Below are positions 47,977-57,249 of a stretch of DNA of 64,000 bases, piece by piece. This stretch comes from Candidatus Latescibacterota bacterium. GTDB taxonomy: Bacteria > Latescibacterota > UBA2968 > UBA8231. Each line of letters begins with the position of its first letter. Positions within the stretch are counted from its first letter, which is position 1. The position numbers and the translations under genes are program-made. The stretch spans positions 6,688,001-6,752,000 of the forward strand of contig OZ244561.1 of assembly GCA_965217585.1 (NCBI GenBank), read 5' to 3'. A model generated the notes under the pieces. It worked only from the letters and a program-made list of their open reading frames with translations, was not told the DNA's origin and searched no databases.

Positions 47977-48660
47977 ATGCGTTATTGTAATTTTTTATTT
48001 CTAATTGTTCTGGCAAGTTCGGCTACGCTTATAGCTGAAGCTCAGATTCCCGCTAAGGCACTTTGTAGTGTCTGTGCATTAAAGGGCGGCGAGACAGAGT
48101 TGGAAAAGGTCAAGGCCCATTCGGAACACGATGGCAAGGCGTACTATTTTTGTTCCGAAAACTGTAAAAAAGAATTCGACTCAGATCCCGTGGCTTATTT
48201 ACCACCGGTATTTCCACGACCTGCACCAGCCTGCGTCATTGAAATGCTGGAGGGCGGGGACAAGGCGTTGGGGGATTTGCAGGACAAAGTTGTGCTCGTA
48301 GATTTTTGGGCGACATGGTGCGAACCTTGTCTTGAGACAATGCCCCGGTTGCAAAAACTCTACAGCGCTTATTCCGCTAAGGGTTTTGACGTTTGGGGGG
48401 TGTCTATAGATGAGGACAAAGATCGGGTCGAGAAGATCAAAAAGATGGTGGACAAAATGGATATTTCTTATCCCATCTTTGTAGATACGAAACAGACGCC
48501 CGCTTGGTATCAGTTTAAGGTGAAAGCGATTCCTGCGATGTATCTTCTCGATGGAGAAAGTCAGATCGTAGCGCAGTGGACGGGAAAGATAGATTACGAG
48601 GAAGTGGAGAAGGAAGTCTTGCGACGGTTAGAAAAAAGGCTCAAAGTTGAAGGGCCATGA
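47977..48660 (+). CDS. Exported YHS-domain + TlpA-like thiol:disulfide oxidoreductase
   Basis: Signal peptide; CSVC...YYFCSENCKKEF (YHS/TRASH); DFWATWCEPC; cis-Pro AIP. Confidence 0.9.
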   Translation: MRYCNFLFLIVLASSATLIAEAQIPAKALCSVCALKGGETELEKVKAHSEHDGKAYYFCSENCKKEFDSDPVAYLPPVFPRPAPACVIEMLEGGDKALGDLQDKVVLVDFWATWCEPCLETMPRLQKLYSAYSAKGFDVWGVSIDEDKDRVEKIKKMVDKMDISYPIFVDTKQTPAWYQFKVKAIPAMYLLDGESQIVAQWTGKIDYEEVEKEVLRRLEKRLKVEGP

Positions 48661-48711
48661 GCGAATTTGTTGCGAAGAATACTCAGGCGACTGGCGCGCC
48701 CACGAGACTCA

Positions 48712-49788
48712 CTACCGCAACCACCAATGCAGCACATTGGTCATGTGTTCCTCATAAGCGTGAGAAGCCTGAATGAGCAATCGTTCAGCCTCGGCTGTAT
48801 GCGGGTTCCTGACGATCAGGTTGTTGGAGTAGGCGCCAGCGCCCGCTTCGCCCATGCGAAGATAACGGCCGGCGTCCCAACTCACTCCATCATGCGAGGT
48901 ATAGAGGACCAAGTGATTCCTCCCCTCGCCTTGGTTGCCACTGCGGCCGTGCAGAACAAAGGCGTCCTTGAACGCGGCCATCTGGGGATTGCGAATTTTC
49001 TTCGCCATGAAGGCCGTTTGCACGGTGCTCCACGTGCAACCACCGTCGTCGCTGGTCGCGTAGTCGAGATGCTTTTCGTCATTGATGTTGTAGACATAGG
49101 CGATAAGCCGGCCGTCGGGCAGAGTGGCCATGGTCCCGTAGCCGCGTCCCTGAACGTCGAAGGGAAGGATGCTGCGTTGGGAGAAGGTAAGACCATTGTC
49201 CTGGCTGACATGGAGAGCATAATGGTGCTCCGGCAGGTTGCCGTACCAATGGACTGTGCTGTCGTTGCATAACTCCAGGACGAGAATGCAGCCTTCGTGA
49301 AGAACTACATCCCAGATGCGTGCGGGCTCATCGCCCATGGGTTTTGCCGGTTCCCAGGTGAAACCGCAATCGGTGCTGCGCAGATAGGTCGGAACCGCCA
49401 GTGGCTGCCAGCCCTTGCCCCGGCACTCCAGGTTGAACAGGAGGATCGCTCCATCGTCGGTTCGCAGCGCCTTTTCGCACATGACCGAGTGCCCGACACC
49501 TTGGTCGTAGGTCTGCTTTGAGTGCGCAAGAGCGGCGGGCTCGCTCCAAGTACGTCCGCCGTCCTCGGAACGCTTGAATTCCATCCAGCCATCCCCGCTG
49601 TGGCCCTGCTGAAAATCGGAGCAGTTGGCGTAGAATGCCAGTATCTTACCCGGCGCGTACTCGACTAGGGCATGACCCAAGTGACCACTGCGACCGGCCT
49701 TGGCATGATCCACAAACACGATCCCCTGATTGGGCGGCTCAGGTGGTTCAACTACAAACCTGTCTATATCAGTGTCTTTGCGATCCAT
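48712..49788 (-). CDS. Sialidase-like BNR/Asp-box protein
   Basis: Asp boxes SEDGGRTW, STDCGFTW, SQDNGLTF, SDDGGCTW, SHDGVSW. Confidence 0.85.
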   Translation of the reverse strand: MDRKDTDIDRFVVEPPEPPNQGIVFVDHAKAGRSGHLGHALVEYAPGKILAFYANCSDFQQGHSGDGWMEFKRSEDGGRTWSEPAALAHSKQTYDQGVGHSVMCEKALRTDDGAILLFNLECRGKGWQPLAVPTYLRSTDCGFTWEPAKPMGDEPARIWDVVLHEGCILVLELCNDSTVHWYGNLPEHHYALHVSQDNGLTFSQRSILPFDVQGRGYGTMATLPDGRLIAYVYNINDEKHLDYATSDDGGCTWSTVQTAFMAKKIRNPQMAAFKDAFVLHGRSGNQGEGRNHLVLYTSHDGVSWDAGRYLRMGEAGAGAYSNNLIVRNPHTAEAERLLIQASHAYEEHMTNVLHWWLR

Positions 49789-49979
49789 TGCAGATTCCTT
49801 TCGCTTAATGAGTCTTAAATTAACTCGCCCAGCCAATATGGCCAGTGGCGCGGTGTGCACCCGGGGTGCCCGACACCGAGGACTGCCCTGACTCTTGCCT
49901 GCGCTCAGCGCCTTGACAGAGAATCCCCCAAAGGGCCTTTATTATACCCGAACTTCGCTCCCGAAACCCAGTAAATCCC

Positions 49980-50978
49980 ATGACACAAATAGTCTCTACT
50001 GTCGACTTTGACCGCGATGGCAAGCAAATCGGCTGGTTGCATGTGCCGCATTCGGTCACTCGCAGCGCCTACGGGGTACTGCCCATCCCCGTCGCCGTCA
50101 TTCGCAATGGCCCCGGGCCGCAGGTCCTGCTGACAGCCGGCAACCACGGCGACGAGTACGAGGGCCAGGTGGTCCTGACGCGCTTGATCCAGGAGGTGCA
50201 GCCCGAGCAAATCCGCGGCGGCCTTATCATCATACCGGCGCTGAATCAGCCAGCCGTGCTAGCGGCAGCGCGGGTCAGCCCGCTGGACGCAGGGAATCTG
50301 AACAGGGTCTTCCCGGGCGACCCCAGGGGCGGACCGACGTGGAAAATTGCGGACTATGTCGAACAGCATCTGCTGCCGCGGGTTGAAGTGGTGGCCGACT
50401 TCCACGGCGGCGGGGCCTCCCTGGACTACCGACCGCACGCCAGCACCCACTTCGGCCCCGACACGTCCTCTGAGCACAAGCGCCTAAGCCTAGATTTGGT
50501 TTCCAAGCTAGGTGTGCCGCACGTAATGGTTTTCGAGAACCGCACTGATAAGGGAGGGCTACCCGATGCCGCCATCCGGCAGGGCGTGATCTCGCTGGGC
50601 GGGGAATACGGCGGCACGGGTAGCGTATCGCGGTCCGGGGTAAAGCTGGTGCAACAGGCGGTTGACCGATTGCTGGCAGCCCTGGGGGTTAAGGGTACGC
50701 TGCCGGACGACCTCGAGACGCCTCAGGTCCTCCACATCTTCGGCCCCAACGCGTACGCTTATGCACCGGAACCAGGCCTGTTCGATCCGGCCACCGATCT
50801 GGGCGACGAGGTGAGTGCCGGCGATCTGTGCGGTCAGGTCCTGTTTCCGGAGAATCCTTCGCGGCCCCCCGTACCCGTCACTTTTCGCGGCGAGGGTACG
50901 GTGGTCTGCAAACGGCACCTGGGCAGGGTGGAAGCCGGAGACTGCGTCGCCCATCTGGCAGCCCCTGTAAGCGACTGA
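49980..50978 (+). CDS. Succinylglutamate desuccinylase/aspartoacylase family (DoeB-like deacylase)
   Basis: GNHGDEYEG, NLNRVFPG, DFHGGG. Confidence 0.9.
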   Translation: MTQIVSTVDFDRDGKQIGWLHVPHSVTRSAYGVLPIPVAVIRNGPGPQVLLTAGNHGDEYEGQVVLTRLIQEVQPEQIRGGLIIIPALNQPAVLAAARVSPLDAGNLNRVFPGDPRGGPTWKIADYVEQHLLPRVEVVADFHGGGASLDYRPHASTHFGPDTSSEHKRLSLDLVSKLGVPHVMVFENRTDKGGLPDAAIRQGVISLGGEYGGTGSVSRSGVKLVQQAVDRLLAALGVKGTLPDDLETPQVLHIFGPNAYAYAPEPGLFDPATDLGDEVSAGDLCGQVLFPENPSRPPVPVTFRGEGTVVCKRHLGRVEAGDCVAHLAAPVSD

Positions 50979-50987
50979 CCCTAAACC

Positions 50988-51728
50988 TCACTCAATCTCA
51001 TACACCACAGTGACATTCACGGTGACAGTGAGTTCACCTGCGACAATGGGAGTGGCAGTACGCGCGGCATCATCGAAGGCTTCTTCTGCCATCGCAAACG
51101 GGATTGGCGGACCTTCGAAATAGGTACTTTCAGTGATAGTAATAGGTTCTCCTAGCGTTACACCACTTGCTTCCGCTAAGGTTTGTGCTTTCGCTTCAGC
51201 ATCCTTTACCGCCAAACTACGTGCCTGGGTTTGTAATGGTGTGGTATCATCAATCATAAATTGAATAGAGTTAATGACGATGCTATTCCCTCCCGCTGCG
51301 GCAGCAGCATCTATGACATCGCTGAGGGTTGCCAATTCTCGGATCTTCGCCCGAACGGTGTTGTTTACTCTGTAACCACGAAGTATGCGCCCATTGTCTG
51401 TATAGTCGTACTGGGGATGGATACTGAAATTCTCAGTTTTAATGTCTTTTTCAGCAACGTTGTTCGCTTTCAGAGAAGCGATTAACGCTGTCATCGCACT
51501 CGCAGCTTCTTCACGTGCTTCTGCGACGGTCTCTTTCTCAACAGACACACCTAAATCGAGCGTTGCAATATCTGGTTCACCAGTAACTGAACCACTCCCG
51601 GTCACATGGATAGCTCTGTCAGTTGTTGAGGACGATAATACCTCCGAGGCAATATTCACATCACAGGCAGTGAGGGCTAAAATCAGCAATGTGCCGATCG
51701 CTAAAAACCAATAATTATATCTTTTCAT
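50988..51728 (-). CDS. SIMPL (DUF541) domain lipoprotein
   Basis: Lipobox LTAC; VTGSG....PD.A; AVKDA..KA..LA; lower GC. Confidence 0.9.
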   Translation of the reverse strand: MKRYNYWFLAIGTLLILALTACDVNIASEVLSSSTTDRAIHVTGSGSVTGEPDIATLDLGVSVEKETVAEAREEAASAMTALIASLKANNVAEKDIKTENFSIHPQYDYTDNGRILRGYRVNNTVRAKIRELATLSDVIDAAAAAGGNSIVINSIQFMIDDTTPLQTQARSLAVKDAEAKAQTLAEASGVTLGEPITITESTYFEGPPIPFAMAEEAFDDAARTATPIVAGELTVTVNVTVVYEIE

Positions 51729-51874
51729 TTTTCCTCTTATAAATCTCGACGAAAACTACACCGCTTGACCTACCCCCCTAAAAGACCCTTTATAATTCCT
51801 ATAGTGGGGCTCTTTATTGATACCCTCAATCTGTTTATCCCCCAGTGGTTTGTCAACAAGAGAGGAGATCATTC

Positions 51875-52720
51875 GTGGCGTACAAGTTTCAGCCGGGCGT
51901 GATGTACCTCATGCCCACTCACTTCGGACCAATGACGGGACCGCGGCGCGGCCCCGACGGCAAGGGCTATGCCTGCATCGACACCCCCAAGGGCACCAGC
52001 TACTCGGTCAGCTTCCTGACCAACGCCGCACAGCTCGAGGAGCTGCTACCGGAGGGGTTCGCGCTGCACGGCGAGCCGGTGGTGACGGTGTCCCAGACTC
52101 ACATGAAGGAGATCGAGTGGTTGGCCGGACGCGGCTACAACATGATGGGCGTGACCTTTCCGGTGACCTACACCGGCAAACACGACCGCGCAATGGGACC
52201 GTTGCTGACTGTCCTGTGGGAGAACATGACCGAGCCGATCCTCACCGGCCGGGAACAGCTCGGGTTCTCGAAGATCTACTGTGAGCTGCCGGACCCAGCA
52301 GTGTGCCGAGGCGAGACCCACGTCACAGCGCACTGGCAGGGGTTTCGCTTCTTGGACATGAAGCTGACCAACATGCGCGAGGTGGCACCCGCCGACTATC
52401 CGGAGCCGGCAGCGCCGCGCACCGACGGCGTGTTGACCGGGCAACTCCATTACAAGTACATCCCCCGCACCGGCCACTGGGGCGAAGCGGACGCGGCCTA
52501 CGCCTGTCTTACCTCGTCGGAGGGCAGCAACAGCCGCCTGACCGGGTTGTGGAAAGGTGACGGGACGATCGAGTTTCATCCGGCGCGCTGGGAGGACATG
52601 CCGACCCAGTACATGATCGTCAACGCATTCCACAACCTGGAGATCAAGGAATTCCGCGGCGGCACCATTAGCAAGACCGTGGGCAGCAAAGATCTCAGCG
52701 ACCAACGCATGCTGGTGTAG
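51875..52720 (+). CDS. Acetoacetate decarboxylase family protein
   Basis: WLAGRGYN, LWEN...I.TGREQLGFSK; SD GAGGAG before GTG 51875. Confidence 0.8.
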   Translation: MAYKFQPGVMYLMPTHFGPMTGPRRGPDGKGYACIDTPKGTSYSVSFLTNAAQLEELLPEGFALHGEPVVTVSQTHMKEIEWLAGRGYNMMGVTFPVTYTGKHDRAMGPLLTVLWENMTEPILTGREQLGFSKIYCELPDPAVCRGETHVTAHWQGFRFLDMKLTNMREVAPADYPEPAAPRTDGVLTGQLHYKYIPRTGHWGEADAAYACLTSSEGSNSRLTGLWKGDGTIEFHPARWEDMPTQYMIVNAFHNLEIKEFRGGTISKTVGSKDLSDQRMLV

Positions 52721-52901
52721 GACCGCAGGCGGAGCCGAGGCCAGCGCATCTCTCCCGGGCGTAGCTGCTGTCCCCCGGTGGGGGTGAAGCTAGCGTCGCA
52801 CCTGCATCGACTGCCCAGTCCACGCCAGAAGCGTACGAACGTAGTCCATAGTGCCACGCTACACAGAGGGAGCACGGAGACCTGGGACGGCGTACCGATT
52901 T

Positions 52902-53198
52902 CTACACTTTGGCCGGAAGAGGTTGGATAGTGATTTTGAAATCATGCCCCAAGATACCGAGGATATTGAAAAGTACATCGAAGCTAATTTTTCCGATCTT
53001 GGTCCTATTTTCAATCTGGGCAATGCGCGGTTGGGAGACGCCGACCATCTCGGCCAATTGGCCTTGCGTCAAGCCAAATCGCTTTCTACTCTTCACGATC
53101 TTTTCGATGAGCTGTTCTTTCTGGCGTAGTTCGTTAATATTGACGCCGAGTTCCTCTGCCCATTGCTCAATGTTTACCTTTTCCCAAGGCATTTTCAA
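52902..53198 (-). CDS. XRE-family HTH antitoxin (HigA-like)
   Basis: GLTQGQLAEMVGVSQPRIAQIE; downstream of the toxin. Confidence 0.88.
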   Translation of the reverse strand: MKMPWEKVNIEQWAEELGVNINELRQKEQLIEKIVKSRKRFGLTQGQLAEMVGVSQPRIAQIENRTKIGKISFDVLFNILGILGHDFKITIQPLPAKV

Positions 53199-53527
53199 AT
53201 CTCCTTCAGTCTTCTGAGAATCAGCCGTCTATCCTTATCGGGAATGGTTTCGGTCTTTTTTTGCAGCACATGAACCAGATAAATTGCATCCCCGCGCTTG
53301 ATGAAATAGAAAACTCGATAGATACTGCGCCGTTCTTTGAAGCGCAGTTCGTGTAAACCGAGAGCAATATTGAACAGCGGCTTGCTCAACGGCATCTCCA
53401 GGCTTTCCCCCTGCTTCAACCGATCAAGTGCCAAGAAGAAATCCTCCTGTAGGCTTTGAGATAATCCCTCGACAAATTTCTTGATCGGCGAATTGCCTGA
53501 AGCAGTGGTATAGTAGAGGATTTCCAT
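53195..53527 (-). CDS. RelE/ParE (Gp49/HigB-like) toxin
   Basis: YYTTASGNSPIKKF, LHELR, YRVFY, KKT. Confidence 0.88.
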   Translation of the reverse strand: MEILYYTTASGNSPIKKFVEGLSQSLQEDFFLALDRLKQGESLEMPLSKPLFNIALGLHELRFKERRSIYRVFYFIKRGDAIYLVHVLQKKTETIPDKDRRLILRRLKEI

Positions 53528-53535
53528 ACTTTAAA

Positions 53536-53553
53536 TATAATCTGTAAATTATA
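53536..53553. promoter_or_regulatory. Palindromic operator upstream of the HigBA-like pair
   Basis: TATAAT-N6-ATTATA. Confidence 0.5.
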
Positions 53554-53720
53554 ATCGATCAACAGATTCTGCTATAACTGGAAGGGGGCTTCCCGCGCGA
53601 AAGGACTCCGCGATCCAGCGTTTTAAAAGGTACATATTGGCAAAGTATGAAGAGTTTGCTAAATTCTTACTATAAAGTTGGATTATCCAAAAAAGTAGGA
53701 ATCAACCAAAGGATCGCGCG

Positions 53721-53963
53721 ATGGTTGTCGCCAAACTAACCTCCAAAGGACAACTGGTCATTCCCCAAGCCATACGCCAGCATCTGCACCTACAGCAGGG
53801 CGACAGCGTGGATTTTATCATCCAAGACGATGGCGAAGTGGTCGTCAGACCGGCCACCCGGGATGTGCGAGAACTAAAAAATATCCTGCCGCAACCCAAG
53901 AAGGCCGTATCGCTAGCGGAAATGGATCGCGCGGTGCGCGAGGGCGCGGCAAAAGCGCTGTGA
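53721..53963 (+). CDS. AbrB/MazE-type antitoxin
   Basis: LTSKGQLVIP..IR..L.L..GD. Confidence 0.9.
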   Translation: MVVAKLTSKGQLVIPQAIRQHLHLQQGDSVDFIIQDDGEVVVRPATRDVRELKNILPQPKKAVSLAEMDRAVREGAAKAL

Positions 53964-54355
53964 GGGGGCTGGATACCAATGTGCTGGTGCGCTATCTGGT
54001 GCAGGACGATGCGGTCCAGGCGCGGCGCGCGGCAAAAGAGATCGAAGCGGGATCGGATGCGGGCGAGATCTATTTTATTGCCGACGTCGTCGTCTGCGAA
54101 CTGGTGTGGGTGCTCGATCGGGCCTATGGATACAGCCGGGCGCAGATTGGCGACGCGCTGGAGGGTATTTTGCAGACGCGCTCATTTCATTTTGTCGACA
54201 AAGACCTGCTCTGGCAGGGGCTAGGCGATTACAAAAAGGGCAGGGGCGACTTTGCCGATTATGCGATTGGGCGCGTGGGCGAAAAGTCCGGGTGCGAAAA
54301 AACGCTAAGTTTTGATCGCGCTTTAAAAGGCGATGTACGATTTGAAGTGCTTTAG
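53960..54355 (+). CDS. VapC PIN-domain toxin
   Basis: LDTNVLVR, E..WVL, DFAD, SFD. Confidence 0.9.
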   Translation: MRGLDTNVLVRYLVQDDAVQARRAAKEIEAGSDAGEIYFIADVVVCELVWVLDRAYGYSRAQIGDALEGILQTRSFHFVDKDLLWQGLGDYKKGRGDFADYAIGRVGEKSGCEKTLSFDRALKGDVRFEVL

Positions 54356-54441
54356 GAAAATCCGCATGGAATCAATCTGTATATAGGGTTATAGAAACCG
54401 CTTAGAGGGCAATGCTCTGCGCCCAGCGCCCGAGGTGACCT

Positions 54442-56004
54442 GTGGCACGCAAAGATAGAAAAATCATCAGCAACGACGACGGCTGGATCATGAGCAACAT
54501 GACCGGTCCCGTAACGCCGCAGACCATCAAAGAGCGCATGATCGACACCTATTCCGGTGCGCCCATTGGCGCGGTGTCGTGGTGCGTCGGCAATAGCGAG
54601 ACCTACGAATACGAAACAGAAGTGGGCGAGCGCACGGGGGACGGCTACACCCATTTTGCCGACGAGCGCTACGCCTGGCAGCAGCGGAACCTCCACAGTC
54701 TGATCGCCTCGTGTGGCGGCCCCTTGACCGAGATCGCGCGCCAGTTCCACGAGGCCAAGATCGACGTCCTGCCTTCGGTGCGCATGAATAGCCACTACGA
54801 CATCGCCTACGACTCGCCGTCCCACGGCCAGTTCCGCCGCGACCACCCCGACTGGCTCATCGGCCGCCCCCACGAGTACATTCCCCATCCCACCCTCGAA
54901 TACGCCATTGCCAGGGGCCTCGACTACAAATATCCCGGCGTCCGCGCGCACATGAAAAAAATCATCTTCGAACTCTGCGAAAAATTCGACGTGGACGGGG
55001 TCGAACTCGACTATTTCCGCCACCCGGCATTCTTCCGGATCGAAGAAGCTTATACCAATCGCTATCTCATGACCGACTTTATCCGGCACATTCGCCAGCA
55101 CCTAGACGAAGTCGGCGCGCAGCGCGGCAAACACCTCGACCTGCTGGTCCGCGTTCCGCCGACGCTCTACGACTCGCAGCGCATCGGCCTGGACGTCGAG
55201 GCCTGGATCGGCGAAGGGCTGGTGGACATGGTCGCGGCGGGCGGCGGCTTTATGCCCTTCGAGCAACCCATTGGCGAATTTGTCGCGGCGGCCGCGGGCA
55301 CCGGCTGCCAGATCTACGGCAGCTTTGAGGCGCTGCGCTGGACCCTCGACGAGGAGGTGCTCTACGCCTTAGCAGCGCGGTTCTGGGACGCTGGCGTCGA
55401 CGGCCTCTACCTATTCAACTATTTCAATACGCCCAACGAGTGGAAGAAGCGCGTACTCGGCAATATGGTCGACCAGGACCGGCTGCCGCGTCTGCCCAAG
55501 CGCTACGAACTCGATCATTCAGACCGCATCAACAGCAAGGAACACCATGTCGGCGCGTTCAGATACGCCGTGCCCTGGGCCTCCTTGCCGGTGTTCATGG
55601 AGGAAACGCAGTGCGGCGGTGGCTCCGCGCTTTTTATGGACCTCGCCGACGATGTGGACGGTGCCCGTTCCGCAGGGGCCCTGGGTGGCTGCACCCTGAG
55701 CCTCGGGTTCGACCATATCAATGACGACGACGAACTAGACGTCCACATCAATGGTGAGCTCGTACCCTGGGACCAACGCCAAGTTTCCCAAGACGGCTGG
55801 GGCTATACCGTCTTCGACGGCGTAGTCTACCACACGACCATGGCGACGGAGCGCGTCGAGGGCACTCTGATACAGTTTGATGTGACCGGTCTGCCGATCA
55901 AGAAGGGGAGGAACGAATTGCTCGTGCGGCTCATCAAGGGCGCCGGACCGCACTTTGAACCGGTGACCCTGACCGAGGTGCGGTTGGCGATCGATTATCG
56001 CTGA
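54442..56004 (+). CDS. Glycoside hydrolase-like TIM-barrel protein (DUF187/GHL10-like)
   Basis: NDDG, SVRMNSH, LDY....VR, DVDGVELDYFR, DGLYLFN. Confidence 0.75.
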   Translation: MARKDRKIISNDDGWIMSNMTGPVTPQTIKERMIDTYSGAPIGAVSWCVGNSETYEYETEVGERTGDGYTHFADERYAWQQRNLHSLIASCGGPLTEIARQFHEAKIDVLPSVRMNSHYDIAYDSPSHGQFRRDHPDWLIGRPHEYIPHPTLEYAIARGLDYKYPGVRAHMKKIIFELCEKFDVDGVELDYFRHPAFFRIEEAYTNRYLMTDFIRHIRQHLDEVGAQRGKHLDLLVRVPPTLYDSQRIGLDVEAWIGEGLVDMVAAGGGFMPFEQPIGEFVAAAAGTGCQIYGSFEALRWTLDEEVLYALAARFWDAGVDGLYLFNYFNTPNEWKKRVLGNMVDQDRLPRLPKRYELDHSDRINSKEHHVGAFRYAVPWASLPVFMEETQCGGGSALFMDLADDVDGARSAGALGGCTLSLGFDHINDDDELDVHINGELVPWDQRQVSQDGWGYTVFDGVVYHTTMATERVEGTLIQFDVTGLPIKKGRNELLVRLIKGAGPHFEPVTLTEVRLAIDYR

Positions 56005-56062
56005 TACCGCAAGGCGCGATTTAAGAAACTGTCAAAATTCAGTCTATAGGGAGGGATATCCC

Positions 56063-56884
56063 ATGCCACTGCACGAACCCTTTACAGAAGAAGAACTATC
56101 GCCGATTCTCGAAGATTTTTACAAAAACGGTGCGGCCATCATCCGCAACGTCTTATCCCGAGAAGAATGCGAGCAAATATGTAGACGCGTCGACCAGATC
56201 TTCGCCGAACCTTATTTCACCGAAATGCGGAACGTAAAAATAAGGCCAGAGCTCAATGACAAAGCGCCCATCGTTGTACATCGGCTATTTGAATGCGACC
56301 GGATGTTCCGCGATCTGCTCGTGCGCGAGCCTATCATATCTATTGCCGAAACAGTCCTCGGCCCACAGTGCCATTGCATGGCGCAGGGATGCATCTTGAA
56401 CCGCAGGGATCTGGGCATTAACCGCTTTCACGTAGATGACAGCCTAGAGTTTCCAATTGCGGACGACAATATCAGCAGTCATGACCGGCGTCTGCAGATG
56501 CCCGTTTTTCGCATGTCGTTCCAGATCGCCCTGACAGACCAAGACGAAGACCAGTATGGCCCCAGCCAATTCGTGCCGGGCAGCCACTATGCGGGCAGAC
56601 ACCCCAACGATCCAGAAAATCCAACCTTCGATGGTCAAGGCCCCACCTCCCTGCTCATGCAAGCGGGAGACCTCTACCTCCTCAGCAGCCAAACCTGGCA
56701 TCGCGGCGCCCCCAATACATCGGATCGCGTCCGCTACCTCTTTCACCAGGTCTATGGTCAGCGCTTCGTCGCCCAGCGATTCTGGCCCTATCTCAACTAT
56801 CACATGCCCGATTACGTCCTCGAAGACGCCGACGAACGCCTTCTGCGCGTTCTCGGGCAACACCCCGAAATGGCCTATGGATAA
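56063..56884 (+). CDS. Phytanoyl-CoA dioxygenase family protein
   Basis: FHVD, VPGSH, WHRG..N.SDR.R. Confidence 0.9.
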   Translation: MPLHEPFTEEELSPILEDFYKNGAAIIRNVLSREECEQICRRVDQIFAEPYFTEMRNVKIRPELNDKAPIVVHRLFECDRMFRDLLVREPIISIAETVLGPQCHCMAQGCILNRRDLGINRFHVDDSLEFPIADDNISSHDRRLQMPVFRMSFQIALTDQDEDQYGPSQFVPGSHYAGRHPNDPENPTFDGQGPTSLLMQAGDLYLLSSQTWHRGAPNTSDRVRYLFHQVYGQRFVAQRFWPYLNYHMPDYVLEDADERLLRVLGQHPEMAYG

Positions 56885-56931
56885 CCCGCCACGCAACATT
56901 AGGCGTAAAATTCACTTGAAAAGGGATATAG

Positions 56932-57021
56932 ATGCTTACCGAAAAGCAGGTTGAAGCGTATAAACGCGATGGTTATGTCAAAGCCGAAGGGCTTTTTACC
57001 CCGGATGAGGTTGAAAAATAG
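56932..57021 (+). pseudogene. N-terminal remnant of another PhyH dioxygenase
   Basis: MLTEKQVEAYKRDGYVKAEGLFTPDEVEK*. Confidence 0.7.
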
Positions 57022-57249
57022 GGGGCAGGAGCCGAAGGTGACGTACCGTTGAGTTGAACAATGTATTTTTTGCAAAAGAAATCGGCGGCGCATCGTACCT
57101 TTATGATGGCACAGGTAACACGCGAATGAGCCGCCCTATTCGACCGCAACCAGCCGGTTGAGCGCGTCGAGCGGTTGTTTGATATCACTCCACTTCAAGC
57201 TCTGTCCTCCTGCTTCTGCCTCCTGAATACCTAACCGGCCACAGGAGAA

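Noticed and set aside
52755-52800. GC-rich hairpin in the intergenic region after the acetoacetate decarboxylase-like gene, as ncRNA
   Set aside because: No recognisable riboswitch or tRNA features; insufficient support
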